Part shown: positions 38,394-52,101 of the stretch, piece after piece
How the letters are laid out: each line of letters begins with the position of its first letter
Position numbering within the stretch: position 1 is the stretch's first letter
DNA from: Podarcis pityusensis
Lineage: Eukaryota
Strand: one strand, 5' to 3'
Length of the DNA stretch: 64,000 bases
Assembly: GCA_964106645.2 (NCBI GenBank)
Contig: OZ067043.1
Translations under genes and position numbers: made by a program
Notes under the pieces: model-generated
Told to the model about the DNA's origin: nothing
Database searches by the model: none
Seen by the model: the letters and a program-made list of their open reading frames with translations, nothing else

Positions 38394-41239
38394 ATGCTTT
38401 TTGTAAATAAAGCCAAGTTGTGGGTCAAATACTAATTAGGCATGGTCTGATTAACACTTTCAGTACTGAAACTACAAAGTGAATATGATAATCCCTCATC
38501 TTTCATAGGTTCCAAGGGTTATGTATATACACAAAAATCAAACCTTTGGAGCTGCTCCATGGCTAGCAGGTGAGCAAGAGATGAGAGAGCTTCTCCCCCC
38601 CCCCCCAGCACTCTCAGAATCAGTGGGCCAGATGGGCCTTGCCCAGCAAGCAAGGCAGAGAACTGAAAGCTCCTTTTTGCTTTCAATCAAAAGTGAACAG
38701 TTTGAAAGCTCAGTGGACAGCTTAAAAGCTCTTTTTACACCACGTCCACTTGGGTTACCTGGCACACAGATTGCTTTTAAGCTCTCTGCCTTCCTTGGGA
38801 TTTGACTTGTACAATTTCAGCCAGCCCACCGTCAACTACGTGTGGTTGAAATCATGCAAGTGAAATGCACATAAGATGGTGGAGCTACTGTACTGCAGTC
38901 GTCCCCCCCCCCTGTGCTTTGTTTTGGGCTGGGAGGGTTATGTATTGGTCAAAGGTTTCCCTCTACCCATCCCTGTCAGCGCCCATCAGCCTCTGCTTGC
39001 AGAGTGTCACCAGTGTCACTGAGGTGGACAAAAAAATCTGTATTTTACCGTATCATCAATGACAGAGAGCAGCTGGGAGAAATCCCACTTTTTAGCTAAC
39101 TAGCTTAGCTGCCAATGTACTTATGAAACAAGCATTTGATACATCGTTAAAAACTATACCTTGCCCTTCCTCCGAGGAGCTGAGAATGATGTATATGTCT
39201 GTCTCCCTTATCCTCGCAACAACTTTGCAACTATAAAGGTTTCTGAGTGCTTGCCTCTGGTGCCACCATCGAAGGATTAGCTTAAATGGGTTAGAGTAGT
39301 GAAGCAATAATCATACAATCACTTTGTATATGTCCAAACTCAGCTCACGTTCCTTCAGGATATATCATTCAGGGTTCCATGCTTCATCACACCTTGATTT
39401 ATGCCTCATCACACATGTTTGGGATGAAGGGTGGGATAGAAATTGAATGAATAAATAATACATGTATCTTGCACATAGGGTGCAAGTTTGTACTAGCTAA
39501 CAACTCACCTTGACAGAAAATCAACCCAACGCGTTGCTGGTGGAATACCCAGGGCCACTGCTACTGTTATTTTATTTGATATTTATTTATTTATTTGTGC
39601 AATTTTGCAAATCCTTTTTTTAAAAAAACCTCTAAGCATAAAACGGTAAAATAATTATCAATAAAATACAGATAAAATCAACAGAATTTAATAAACAAAG
39701 ATACATGAGAGAGCTGTGTGTCTAGGTAGGGTTGCTGAAATAAAAGTGTTTAGCAGGCACCCAGAACAGTATAATGAAGGTGCCTGCCTAATATTGATAG
39801 GCAGGGACTTCCAAGCGCTGCCACATAAAAGATAGGTTTGTCACAGGTGCCATTAGGCAGAGTAGGCCCATGAGATATTATCTGGATTTTCTCCTTTGGG
39901 TACAACAATGCTTCAGGCCAATCCTCATAACTGAGAGCCATGGGAGTGCAGATTAAACCCTGCCACTCATCTGGGGCCCTTCTCAGTCTCAATTTTCCTT
40001 CCCCTAACCTCCAGAAGTTGTTCTGCAAGGCCCAGGATGAGGAAGACTAAGTGCTCTCTGGGGCCTGTTCATAATCCACCCAGTTTTCAATTACTCTCTG
40101 CATGCTTCATTTTCAGAAGAAGGATATTAACAGTTGCTTTTTGGTTACTTTGCATTCATGACTGCACTGAATAAGTTAAAACCAAAATACAAACTACGTT
40201 CACATTTTCAGGTCCTTTGCTTAAATCTTCCAGTTCATCATATGGAGTGATTTTGAGATTTTATGCTGTTTGCCATAGTGACAGCAGCACATGACCTGAT
40301 CGCAAGATAGTATCAGCTGAGATATTTGCAAAGTTTGTTTTAGGAGAAATTCCACAAACAATTCTGGGTTTTCAGTGCATTCCCAGTGCCAAGAAATTTC
40401 TACTAGAGTTTCAAAAAACTAACAGCGTAAATATTCAATTTTTTCCAAAATGTCCAGTATTCCCATTCATATTTTGCACTGAAAGTTTGCATCTGAATTC
40501 TGAAAGAGAAATGAATGCCTTCAGATTAAGAAAATTGAATATTTCAAACTTTTGGCATCTTTTGATTATTTTTATTTCCACAGATTCTTGCAAAGTGTAC
40601 CAATGGAACAAGCTGTGGTAATAAGATATAAACATCTCCAAAAGACTATCCAGGGGCTCTCCAAACTTTTGAGTCCAGTGGACACTTTTGGAATTGTGAG
40701 ACTGTTCCATGGGTTGCAAAATGGTCGCCATCAAGGTAAGACAGAACACAAAATGACTGCCACATCTAAAAGAGCAGAAAAAGCAACAGGCCCATGGAAT
40801 GATGCAGCAATGTGCCCATCCCATCACTGGGGAAAGATACCTACATCCACCACTGCCACATTCACTCACAGCTCTTTGCACATCTCTTCTGTTCAGAACA
40901 GAAGAAAGGGTTGGTATCCAATCCTGGAATCCATTTAGATGTTGACATATTTCAGGGGATGTGTTCAATGTAGGAGAGAGGAGGCACTGCAAAGAGGAAG
41001 TCAGCAGGAAGAGGAAGCAGTCTTTCATGCATTGCACATTTTGAGGGGATATTTATGGAAACCCTACATAGGCACGATTGATGCCCTGCTATGAGCTGAG
41101 CTTATTTGAGGAAGGTGTATTACAACTGGAATTAAGCAGACATAGTTTAATTTATACACGAGATAATTTATACACTTGAGATAGACCCTGAGGATATCGC
41201 TAGCTTCTGTTCAAGAAGAAGGGCTCCTCCACTTGCATG

Positions 41240-41490
41240 CAGGGGCGGAGGAAGGGGGGTGCAGTGGGGGCGGACGCCCCAGGTATTCCCCCCTTCCCCC
41301 TTCATTTTGACAGCTGGGGGGAGGCTCAGGAATTCCGGGCGGGCAGCACACTGAATGTTTGCCATCGGAGCCTTGCTCCAACCACCGGCTGCAGGGCACC
41401 CAAGCAGCTATCCCATGCCTGGGAGGGCACCCTCTGCACCCCTCGGGAGTGTGCCCACCCTGGCCAGCGCAGGCATATGTTCTGCTGCTG
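41240..41490. mobile_element. hAT-type MITE, GC-rich
   Basis: Starts CAGGGGCGGAG, ends tctgctgctg; perfect 8-bp TSD CTTGCATG (41232-41239, 41491-41498). Confidence 0.8.
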
Positions 41491-41910
41491 CTTGCATGTA
41501 TGGATAAATAGGGCAGAATCAGAAATGGTTTGCTATCTATAAAAAGTGATGTCTATTTCTCCCCTTTCTCTACTTATTGCTATCTTTTACCATTAATATA
41601 TGATATGATTTCATCATGCTGCAAGTTTCCCCGCTCCCAACAGCCAGAAACATGGGCAAGAACGGTCTCGGTGTGATGATGTCATGCTGTGTCATGCTGT
41701 GTGTTTCACTATACATATGGAGGAGAGGGAGAGAAGCAGACATGGGGGAGCTGACTTTGACAGCCTCCATCCTGTTGTCTTCACATTCAACTGCACAGAC
41801 AGGCAGACAGACATCAATAAATGTTTAATTTCAGATTACTGTTAACAAGGACATAAATGTCTACAGTAGAGTTGAGGTTCCTTAACCTTCATAAGAACTC
41901 TACAGTCAGT

Positions 41911-42248
41911 AAAGAGGTAAAGGGACCCCTGATTGTTAGGTCCAGAAGCGGATGACTCTGGGGTTGCAGCGCTCATCTCGCTTTATTGGCCGAGGGAGCC
42001 GGCGTACAGCTTCTGGGTCATGTGGCCAGCATGACTAAGCTGCTTCTGGCGAACCAGAGCAGCACATGGAAACGCCGTTTACCTTCCCGCTGGAGCGGTA
42101 CCTATTTATCTACTTGCACTTTGACATGCTTTCGAATTGCTAGGTTGGCAGGAGCTGGGACCGAGCAATGGGAGCTCACCCCGTCACAGGGATTCAAACT
42201 GCCAACCTTCTGATCGGCAAGCCCTAGGCACAGTGGTTTAGACCACAG
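41911..42248 (-). mobile_element. Sauria SINE, ordinary colinear copy
   Basis: ggtaaagggacccctg tail, gtacctatttatctacttgcac core, tRNA-related head. Confidence 0.93.
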
Positions 42249-42328
42249 TAGTACAGTGCAAATATTGCACAAACATAGAGAGTGGCATTATTTCCACAGA
42301 AAGCCAAACAGATGTTCAAGCCGGGCCC

Positions 42329-42696
42329 TGATTTATAAGGTACATCATGTTTCAGATTGAAAAAACATATGATGAATTTCTCAGGTGTCTCATTGATTTA
42401 TTGACCACATAGCAATTTATAAGTCATGTCAGTAACTTTATAAGTAACACAATTAATTCCAAAGTTATTCCTGAGTTACCCAAGTTGGGTGTCACTGATG
42501 GATAAGCAAAAGGACTGACTTATAAGTTGATGCTGAACTATAAATCAGGTAGCCGAGTAATAAATCATGAGATGGATGGATTTGATTACAACGCTGAATA
42601 GCAAGTCATGCAACTGTATCACACGTGCTGAGCAGTTTGGCCAGTGCTTCAACATCCATTTTGCGTATTTGTTTGGAAATGTGCAGATTGATTTAA
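42329..42696. promoter_or_regulatory. Candidate PBX-HOX/MEIS enhancer
   Basis: Four TGATTTAT, plus TGATGGAT, TGATGAAT and TGTCA motifs in repeat-free DNA. Confidence 0.4.
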
Positions 42697-43479
42697 CAGG
42701 CAGACGCACAAATCATCTCTCCGCTTTGTAACCCAAGCAGATTTAAAAGCTGTGTTTATCCAAGCCATGTTTATCAATGCACTCTTGATTTAGCACAAAG
42801 GTGCCTGCTTTACCTGATGTACATTTGCTACTCTGCAGGTTGGGCCTGGATGCACAAAAGGCAATGTCACTTGTTCCTTTGTCTTTTGTCAGGCAAGACA
42901 GGAGAGATATGGATTGATGCCATATGCTTTGTAAACAGAATTATAGGATGTTAGACCGGGAGTGTTAAAAACCCTTGCAGAAAATAGATCAAGAGTGGTT
43001 GGCTCTTGTTAACTACCCCAGGCAGTCATTACAAGAGATCTGAGAATTTCCTTACTGACTTCTGTTAATGCTGACAAGGCACATGAGTGAATAATGCCTG
43101 AGTGAGGCTGATTATAAAACAGAGCTGTGGTTACTCATCATGCTGCCAGGTAAATGTCTGCCGCCCTCTTCTAATACTTCCCCTGCCCATCTAATAAGCA
43201 GCAGCTATCTGTAGTCCTGTTCAGACATTGTTTGATCCCGTATTGTTCAGCATGGGAGCAACAAGTGGTCCAGCACCAAGTAGCCCCACCCCTGATGTTG
43301 CACCCTCCTCCCTTTCTGCCCCATGGACCAACATGGAGGAGGTTTCATGTGTCTTATTGTATGTATGACAGCTTCTCCAGGATCTGCCCCCTTGACGCAG
43401 ATGTTCACATTGTACAGACATAAGGGCAGTCAATGTGGAAGCAAAGAAGTAGAGGATTAATTTCTCCTTGCCTCCTGAA

Positions 43480-44350
43480 TAAGATGAAGCTGTGGAAGTA
43501 TCGAACTGGTGTCAGGAATCAATGAGGTGCTGAATGAGGGCCAGTGCACTGAAGATCAATCCTGATAAGATGGAGATGCTGTGGGTATATGCTTCCTGGG
43601 TTCAGGGAGATGGCAATAAGTCTTTTGTGCATGGGACTGCTCCCTGGGGATCAGCTTTGCAGCTTGGGTGTTCTACCCAAGGCACCTTTGTCACAAGAGA
43701 CATAAGTAGTCTCAGTGGCATGGAGTGCCTTTTATCAGCTTTGACTGGTTTGTCAGCGGCAGCCTGTCTTAGACAGTGGTTGTTTGGCCACAGTTACACA
43801 TGGTAGGATAACCTCTCATTGGTATTACTAGAATGCTTTATATGTAGGACTGTCATTTAAGATCGTTTGGAAGCTTCAGGTGGTACCGAATTTTTGGCCA
43901 GGATTTTTACTGGCACAGCCAATTCAGTTCATATGTCACCTGTGTCAAAAGCGCTCCCTTTCTGAGCCCAGTTCCAAATGCAAGTATTGACTTTTAAAGT
44001 ATTATGGTAAATAGACTGGGCCCTGAAGGAATGACTTCTCCCATATTATCTTGCACACATTCTCAGATCATCAGTAGAGTCCCTTGTTTCTGCTCCATCA
44101 TTGCCAGAGGTGAAACCGGTGACAACCAACGAGATGACCTTTTCCAGGGGATCCCCTCCCCAGAGAGGCTTGCCTGCAGCCAACAATACATTATTTTATT
44201 CTTCCACGTTTTAAAAAAAATTGTGGGCATATTAAAAATCTTGGCAATGACCCAGTTTTACTTGCTGGCCTGTTTTTATTATGTTATTTTACTGTTTTGA
44301 TGCTTTAACAGTGCCAATCACCCAGTGAAAGATAGCACATAAATAATGTA
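43480..44350 (+). mobile_element. Degenerate L2 LINE 3' fragment
   Basis: MRASALKINPDKMEML resembles L2 W(M)..NKLKLNPDKTE; downstream YYxNALYVGL..KLQVV-like remnants; T-rich 3' UTR. Confidence 0.75.
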
Positions 44351-46586
44351 AGTAAATAAAAACTGGTACCTTGCAGTTCAACATCTTATTTAGAAAAATT
44401 CAGTTTTGTAAGGAGAGGGTTTTGTTGCTGTTAGAATAATAAAATCATAGAATTGTAAAGTTGGAAGTGACCCCAATTCTCAGTCACCAAGTGCCCAGAA
44501 TTCTCAGTTGTGTTACAAATGCTTCTTCCTCTGCTCACTTGACCAATGATCAGATATTGACATCACTAGCACAAGAAAACCTCAACAGTGATTGCAAATA
44601 ATTGAGGGTGGTAGAGATGGATGAGTAAAACTCCTCTTCTCTCTAGCTCAACCAAAGGATCGTGCAAACTAAAGAAAAAAAGGAGGGGAAAGGCAGAAGA
44701 AGAAAAAAACAGGTACCCAAACTGTAAAGTAGGAAAGCAATGAGATTGGAACTAAATTATAGACCTGAAAACAAAGAAATGTCCTATTTCTCATATGGAT
44801 ATATTAGTCTTGCCTCAAAATATCTGGTGTGTGATTTGACAGTTTGCTTTTAAAGGAGAACAGGGGGAATTGCTCTGAATCAAGCAGTACCTGCATTGTT
44901 GAATGCTCTGTGTTTTGCACTAGTGATGATGGGACTGTGCCACACACCTGACCTCCCTCCAAGAGAGTCACTGCTGCATACTAGGATGTGGGGGGGGGGG
45001 AGGGGAGTAGCAAGATGACGGTGAGGTCGGCCTGTTGCAAATGTGCCAGTTGAGGCAATCCAGCACTCCTGCTAGCATGTTTGCATTGTGTCAGCTGTGC
45101 CGCCTTGCCCCACCCTTCCCAGTATGCAGCAGCAACACAGCTGTAGGAAACAGAACCCCCCCATCTTCTGCTGGTGTTTGGTTACAAAGAGTAGCATCCA
45201 TCCTCCCAATGCAAGATAAATCTGGACATTTTTCAAAGGCTGAAAAGCCAGTTGCCTTGGGTTTCTGAAACTGGACATGATGGAGCAACTGACCCCTATG
45301 TTGACTTTCAAGAACAGTTGGCTGCCCTAGAATGGCTCACCTGACTTGCCTCTTTCCTCAGCTGAGACAGCTGTCCTCCTAATAGCGGACTCTTGTCAAG
45401 GACAGGGAGGCAGTTGAAAGCTACAACAAATCCCTTGGGTGGTCACCTTGTTGCTTCCCGGACTGTCAAAATGTCTGAGCTGGATGTTTCAGACATGGCA
45501 TTGCTTTTCCACAACTGTCACCCTTGCTCCTGACTCAGCAAACTATGGGGGCCGTGTTTGCTCAGGAAGGAAAATGTCCTCTCTGAATTTTCTGCACGCT
45601 GTGTGACCCAACAGCTGCCTCCAAACATGGGCAAATTACATTAATCATCAAAGCTCTGTTCCTTTCAGCTCTGTCAAGAAGCAGAGAGGCAGCAATGATG
45701 CAGGGCAAACTGGGGCAGGAGCTGCGTGATTGATACAAGGCCACCGAGAGGAGAACAGCGCTCAGGTTAGGATGGGACAAAGTCAATAGATTTCAAAGTG
45801 TCGGTCTGTGAATGTAAATGCGGCACTCAGGAAGGCACACTCGCTGTTGATGGCCTCCTTTCATTCAGCAGGAGGCCACGCTCCACAACCTCCTGCCACC
45901 CGCTTGCACTTCTGGTTTTGACATGCATAAATCATAGCAGCACCATCCTCTCTCTCTATAATTATCTCCAACGCAGTCGGCCCTCTCATCTCAGGATGGA
46001 ACTCTGAAAACCTTCTCTACAAATGGGAATATGCATTTTGTATATGTAAACAGGGCATTAACATACAAATTGGTTGTTGTTAACGGTGCTGCTCATTGAA
46101 ATTTTTTAAATATACATTTTGGGAAGTGGGAAACGGCTTGTTTTGAAAAGAAGGGATTCGTTTTAAACAATTATCATTTCCTGCTAATTACTCTATGGTG
46201 CTTTCCCCCCTTAAAATGTGCATTTTCCTAACCGTCCATAAGTCAAAAATTAGCTTACAGACCAAGAATCTAGGGGTTGTTTGAAGGTCATTTCCTCTTT
46301 CTTGTGTCATAGTGAGCATCTGGGATGAATGTTACTTATGATAATGTGGCTGTATGATTGCTCCATCTCAAACGTAGCCTGCAAATTCAACCCACATCTA
46401 CAAACTATCATACTCTTGGCCTGTAACAGCTCAGGAGTGGTTTGATGACACAGAGGATGGAGAAGACTGAGTGCATCCCTAGAAAGAGCACCTGAAGCTG
46501 TTGCTCCAACAACATCTGGATGGCCACAGTTTCCCTATCCCTGTCCTATAGCTCTTGTTTGCCTTGTAACCAGCCTTATTCTATGC

Positions 46587-46835
46587 CCGAGGTCAGCAAA
46601 CTTTTTCAGCAGGGGCCGGTCCACTGTCCCTCAGACCTTGTGAAGGGCCGGACTATATTTTGAAGGGAAAAAAGAACAAATTCCTATGCCCCACAAATAA
46701 CCCTGAGATGCATTTTAAACAAAAAGACACATTCTACTCATGTAAAACCACGCTGATTCCTGGACCGTCCGCGGGCTGGATTTAGAAGACGATTGGTCCG
46801 GATCCGGCCCCTGGGCCTTAGTTTGCCTACCCATG
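46587..46835. mobile_element. hAT (Charlie-like) MITE
   Basis: Ends ccgaggtcagcaaact / agtttgcctacccatg; perfect 8-bp TSD TTCTATGC (46579-46586, 46836-46843). Confidence 0.88.
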
Positions 46836-49292
46836 TTCTATGCAGTTCCACAGTGAACTATCTTGCTTCCTTGTATACATCTGGAGTCTACTCAGTTCCA
46901 CAGTGAGCTAACCATGGTGTTGATCTCCTGTCTGGACTCCTCCAAACCTTCACTAGTACCCCCTATGAACTCCAGCCTACAACAAGCTACAATCCCATTT
47001 TGGGTAGTGGTGCAGTAAATGTGGGCCGAGTTGAAAATTATGTTCCTGACAAAGCTGCCACAGAAACATGTTCAAGTATACTCAGTCCACATTCTTTACA
47101 ACTGTTAGTCATGGGGAAGTGGATCTAAATGTAGCTTTGACCACCAGAATGACTAGTGGCATGTGGTAAGTGTTCCATCTCCTAGTCATATTGTGAAGCA
47201 GGACGTAACATATGACTCAAGGCCACCATGCTGTGATTTTCTGCATCCACATTTTGCATGAGTGACAGCTGACAGGGGTTAGAAAACCGAATGGTGGGTC
47301 CAACCAGCTGTATCCCTTCAAGAAGTGGAAAGCTCTCCATATTCATTCAGGCCAGCTCTTGCAGGTACTTGCTGTATTTGCTACAGAAAAATGCAAAATG
47401 CAGTGCATTCCATGTAGTAATAATTGCTGGCCTTTCTGCTTCAGCTTCCATAATTTTATCATTTTGCAGCCTCTGATTTTATCTTGTGACAATTGCAGGG
47501 ATCTGGTCCTACGATTTTTGTCCTCATTTTACCTGTGAAGCATGGGAGTGACTGTCCTGTTTTTCACAGTGGGATCCACCAGGACAAAGCTCTTGAGCAG
47601 TAATTTATTAGATGGGCGGATAATCCTTTGTGGTTCAGCACAACAATATAGGTAGTCTTTTCTCTGTTGATTAATGTCTTCTGAATAGAGCTTTTCATAA
47701 AACAGAGGCTAGACTCTTGGGATGTAAGTATTCTATCTGTTAATGTATTTGCTACATAGAGATTTCACCTGATACAGCACTGAGATACAAAGAGTTCACC
47801 TGACATAGCGTGGGCATACAACTTCGCACAACAAAAGCAGGGTGCATGCTTGTTGCGTCCTTCTCAGCTACCCTCCAGCTGGAGGATGCTGAGAAGGACG
47901 CAATAGCTTGTGATGGGACAGGGCGCCATGATGCATCCCCCTCAATCTGTGCCAGGCTGACAGCCCCCTCAACCCCCTCATACCACACCACTGTTTACAT
48001 CTGCTTTCATGTCTAGAATTAAGCAGCACCAGCCATGACTACGTCTGTTTATGCCAAATAGTATGGCAGTCTTAGGAGTAGCATCAACAAAACATGAAGG
48101 AATGAAGTGTTTGCCAGTGGGGTGGGGGACCTGCCCAGAATCCCAGAGCTAAATCACACTGCTTGAAGAAAGCTTTGTGATCTTGTATCAGCATAGAATA
48201 GAGGTTTAGTTCGATTATATTGTGCCTGATCCAGACCTGAAATGAGTCCAGTTTTCCTTGAACCAACTTATTCATAGGAGCCGCTTGAAACTAGTTAAAG
48301 GCATGGTTCAGGCAGAATATCATGGTTTCTGTAACTTTGCTCTAAAAATTAGGGGGAAGGGAGCCTTCCAACAACCCGCCATGCTTTTGGCAGACATTTC
48401 TTAACTAAGACAATATTCACCTTTTACAATATTGTTTGCAGGCAGCCATTGTTCATTGCTGCTGCTTTGGAGCCATTTTACGGCCTTCTAATATTTTTCT
48501 TCCTGGATGGGCAATCTCAGCCAACCACGTCTTAAAGGGAATCAGAGTTTGAATGGTGATGCCACAATTTTATGTCACCTTCAGATTTTGCTGCACGTTG
48601 AGAAATGAAGCCTTCAGATTTTGTAGCTTGGGGAGAAATGAAGCCCATTGAAAGTGCGATAAATGCTTCCTAATTCATACAGGGAAAACCTAACCCAATT
48701 AGGGATCACATATGCATGGAAGGTGTCATAGGACAAGTCTGGACATGGACTGGAAGAATATAATTTTCACATAAGAACTGCCTTCTTTTAATTGCTAAAG
48801 CTGGAATCTTATATACACTTATGGGGAGTATGCCCCACTGAACGCAGTAGGACTTACTTCTGAGTAAGCTTACTTGGCTTGTACTATTAACTATTCAACT
48901 AACATGTCTCTTGATAAACTTTGCTTCACTGATGTAAGTTCTCATGAATTGTGGCAGAATAATACCTTTGGGTTTTTTAATATAAAAAAACCATAGCATA
49001 AAGGTCAGGGTAAGAATTGCTTGCATATTTCAATACCAAATGCAGGAGATGTATTAAAAACACAAATACAATCACAAGGATCCTAAACCTGCAGCTCCTG
49101 TAGCTGACTTCCAGTCTCTTATTTTATCTGCTGCTATTTTGAATATAGTCCTTGGACTGTTACTGGGTATCTTTCCAATGTTTCATATAAGGCACCTTGA
49201 GAGATACTAGGATAAATAAAAATCTTACAGTAGAACTCTCCATTCAAGGGCTGAAGTTTAAATTAAAACGATTTTTTTACAAAACATGTTGA

Positions 49293-49460
49293 CTTGGACC
49301 TTGAGATAAGTTAACTTCAGCGAAGAAAAGTTAGCTTCAGAAGTAAAACTTCTCATCACCTCTTCTCACTTGCACCCCACCTTTAGTACCAGTGGAAAAG
49401 AGGGACTGGGAAAGTTTCATTCCATGAACCTCCTGAAGTTAACTTATGTTAGGATCCAAG
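49293..49460. mobile_element. Small MITE with ~28-bp inverted ends
   Basis: cttggaccttgagataagttaacttcag / ctgaagttaacttatgttaggatccaag. Confidence 0.55.
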
Positions 49461-50493
49461 CTAGTCTTGCCAAACCATCTTGAAAGTCCTAATGCAATCC
49501 CAAAGTGCCTTTGAATAAAGGCAATGAACAGAAGGTCTTGCAATGTAACCACTAATCAAACATTTCACAGTGCATTTCATATAGCCTTTTCCTCTGATTC
49601 TGTCAGTCATTTCATTCTGTAAATACCTGAAATAACTGGTCTCAGGGAACAGGCTGGGAAAAAACAGAGGACTCCACTTGTTTGATTCACAATGAATTTA
49701 TCTGCAAATATCTTTTTAAAATTTTTAATATCGAGCCATCATTCTCCTCATATTGTATATGTTGTGGGAGACCTAGTCCTGTGTATTGCTTATGGCACAG
49801 AGCTGACGTCAAGCGACAGGACATGAGTTGTTATACTAATGCACTTTGACATGGGGAATTAATAGGCACAACTGTGAAGGCCTGGGGTTGATTGTGATAG
49901 TATCAAGATGCCACGAGGATGCCCTGAACATAGAGCAGACGAATAGTCATGCTACAGGCCAGCTTAAATGCTCTAAGCATTTATCTGGGAAGACGCAGCT
50001 ACTGAGAGGGTACAGGAATACGATATTCATTTATTGGCGATCGTGAATCCCACTAGACAGTGGGAACAGCGATTTGAAATGTGTATGGCCAGATTTAAAT
50101 TTTGTATCTGCCAACTGCTTTGTTACTGAGATGCTTCATTGAGCTGGCACTCAGCACATGCCCTGAAACTACTTGGCTCTATTTGCCTCAAACTGTGTGC
50201 AGTGAGTGCTAGATTACTGCCAACAAAAGAAGAGAAAGGAAACATTGGCTCAGTCTGACCACACTCCTTAACACAGCATACATGGAACTGAGCAGAGTGC
50301 AGGCTCTGGATGTATGCTGATTAGGCACCCGTCCCATTTGCCACATCCAATGGAAGCATATGCCTTGGTTCAGTCATGAATCAACCCTGTCAAGAATAAA
50401 GGTTTCTTTCTGACCAGCATGATCCACCAGTAATTCTATTAATATGCCATTTGCATTTCCTGGGAGATAGCCACTGCTGGTTCCCTGGTTCCC

Positions 50494-50972
50494 TGGCAGG
50501 TTGGTCAGAGACTCACAGGAGACTAGTGTGCATGGGGGAAGGGGGGGACTAGAGTCTGACCTGGGAGAGGAGGGCAGGGATTTGTGGGGACCTGTACAAG
50601 CCAGGAGGCAAGAGTCAGAGGCAGGGGAAGCTTCAGAGCTGGAGGGTAGAACACAGGAAGGGTAGAACACACAGAAGAGGAATTAGAGGCAGGTCAGACA
50701 AGTGAAGGGCTGGGTGCTTCCCCACCCACTTTTGCACCATTGTCTCCCAGAACCATGAGGGGATTGAAGAGGGAAGAGCAGGGGCAGCTTCCACACAGGC
50801 ATAGTCTCCAACTGTGTGTGCACAGCCCTTCGGAGGAAGGTACATAAATGGGTGGAGGAGGAGTGTTACTGCAACTGCTCCATAGAGCACAGACCTACGA
50901 ATAGCTGCCTAGTGGCAAGACTAGTGTACATGGATATTCAGAGCTATAGAAACAACTGTGTCAGCTTTGACA
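50494..50972 (+). mobile_element. Possible degenerate solo LTR
   Basis: Purine-rich; TG..TGACA ends; similar in character to 57472-57929; no TSD seen. Confidence 0.3.
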
Positions 50973-51998
50973 AGAGTTAACAATCTGCTGTGTGCATTCC
51001 TTTGGCTGTGGAGCACCCTTGACAGACTGGCTCAGGATACACCAAAGGCGGGTTATTCAAATAAACTGCAATAACCTCTGTGGTGTGCAAAGGACTCTGC
51101 ATCAGAAATTCAAAATATAATGTGCCCATGGCTACATGGATAAACCCACCTGGTCATTTAATGTGTGAACCAGGACACTTGTAGGCTTTGTAACAGGTTG
51201 GTAGTTAAGTGTAGGCTTTCAGTTCTCAAATGAATGGTCTTTTTCACTTAGCATGGCTCCCAAATGTCATCTTTTCCTTATAGAGATAAGGGCAATGTGT
51301 TCTTTATGTACAAACCAGTACAAGTTCAGTCTAACATTTCCACATAATGGATCTCAGGTACCAGAAATGAGATAGATACGTATATGTGCCTAAGACCCTT
51401 GAGATTCTTGCAGAAAAGTGTAAAATAAGGATCACTGAGGTGGCTCGTTATAAAGTAGTCCCTTATATCATCCCGGCTGCTTCCTATTTGCCTCTACATC
51501 ATACGTTTTACTTTTCACATCAATGTATTCTTATGCACTCGCTCACTTGGGAGCAGCGGGTGCAGGGAGACCAGAAAGGCAATCTCTAGGCTGCTTCCAA
51601 GGTACGTATAAATGATAGAGTTTACTCCCAGAATACTTGGTTGGTGTTTAAAAAACCAGTGGCCTCCTTTCCAACAGTTGAATGCCAGAGTGGGAATCAA
51701 AGACATTGTAGAATTGTAAGTACAGTGAACAACATTTCTTAAATCTTCCCTAGTGGTCATGGATTTTCAAATGCTTCTCTGTGCCTGCACTGAGGGTTGG
51801 AGGGGAGGGCAAGGGGGGGGGGGCAGGCAGGGAAGAGAGGGAGGGAGAGAGGGAGGGATGGAGGGAGGAGTGACATGGAGTTCTGGCATAGAAAAGAATC
51901 TGCTCTGTTTCTTTGTAACATCAGAGCAGAAACCAATAAAAGCCACAGAAGCCATGCCTTGCTGTTCCATGAGACAAATTCAGCCACTGTGTCCAGAC

Positions 51999-52101
51999 CT
52001 GTTGAACCCACCTGAGCTTGCAGGGGCAGTTTGATGATTCTATAGACCTTCTGCCTATAGAATCACCAAATTGCCCCTGCAAGCTCAAGTAGGTTCAACA
52101 G
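51999..52101. repeat. Inverted repeat, 47-bp arms, 9-nt spacer
   Basis: 43/47 arm identity by manual comparison. Confidence 0.9.

Noticed and set aside
40435-41037. 200-aa and 128-aa ORFs
   Set aside because: Overlap an old hAT-like repeat starting caggggctctccaaactt (~40648); no protein motifs
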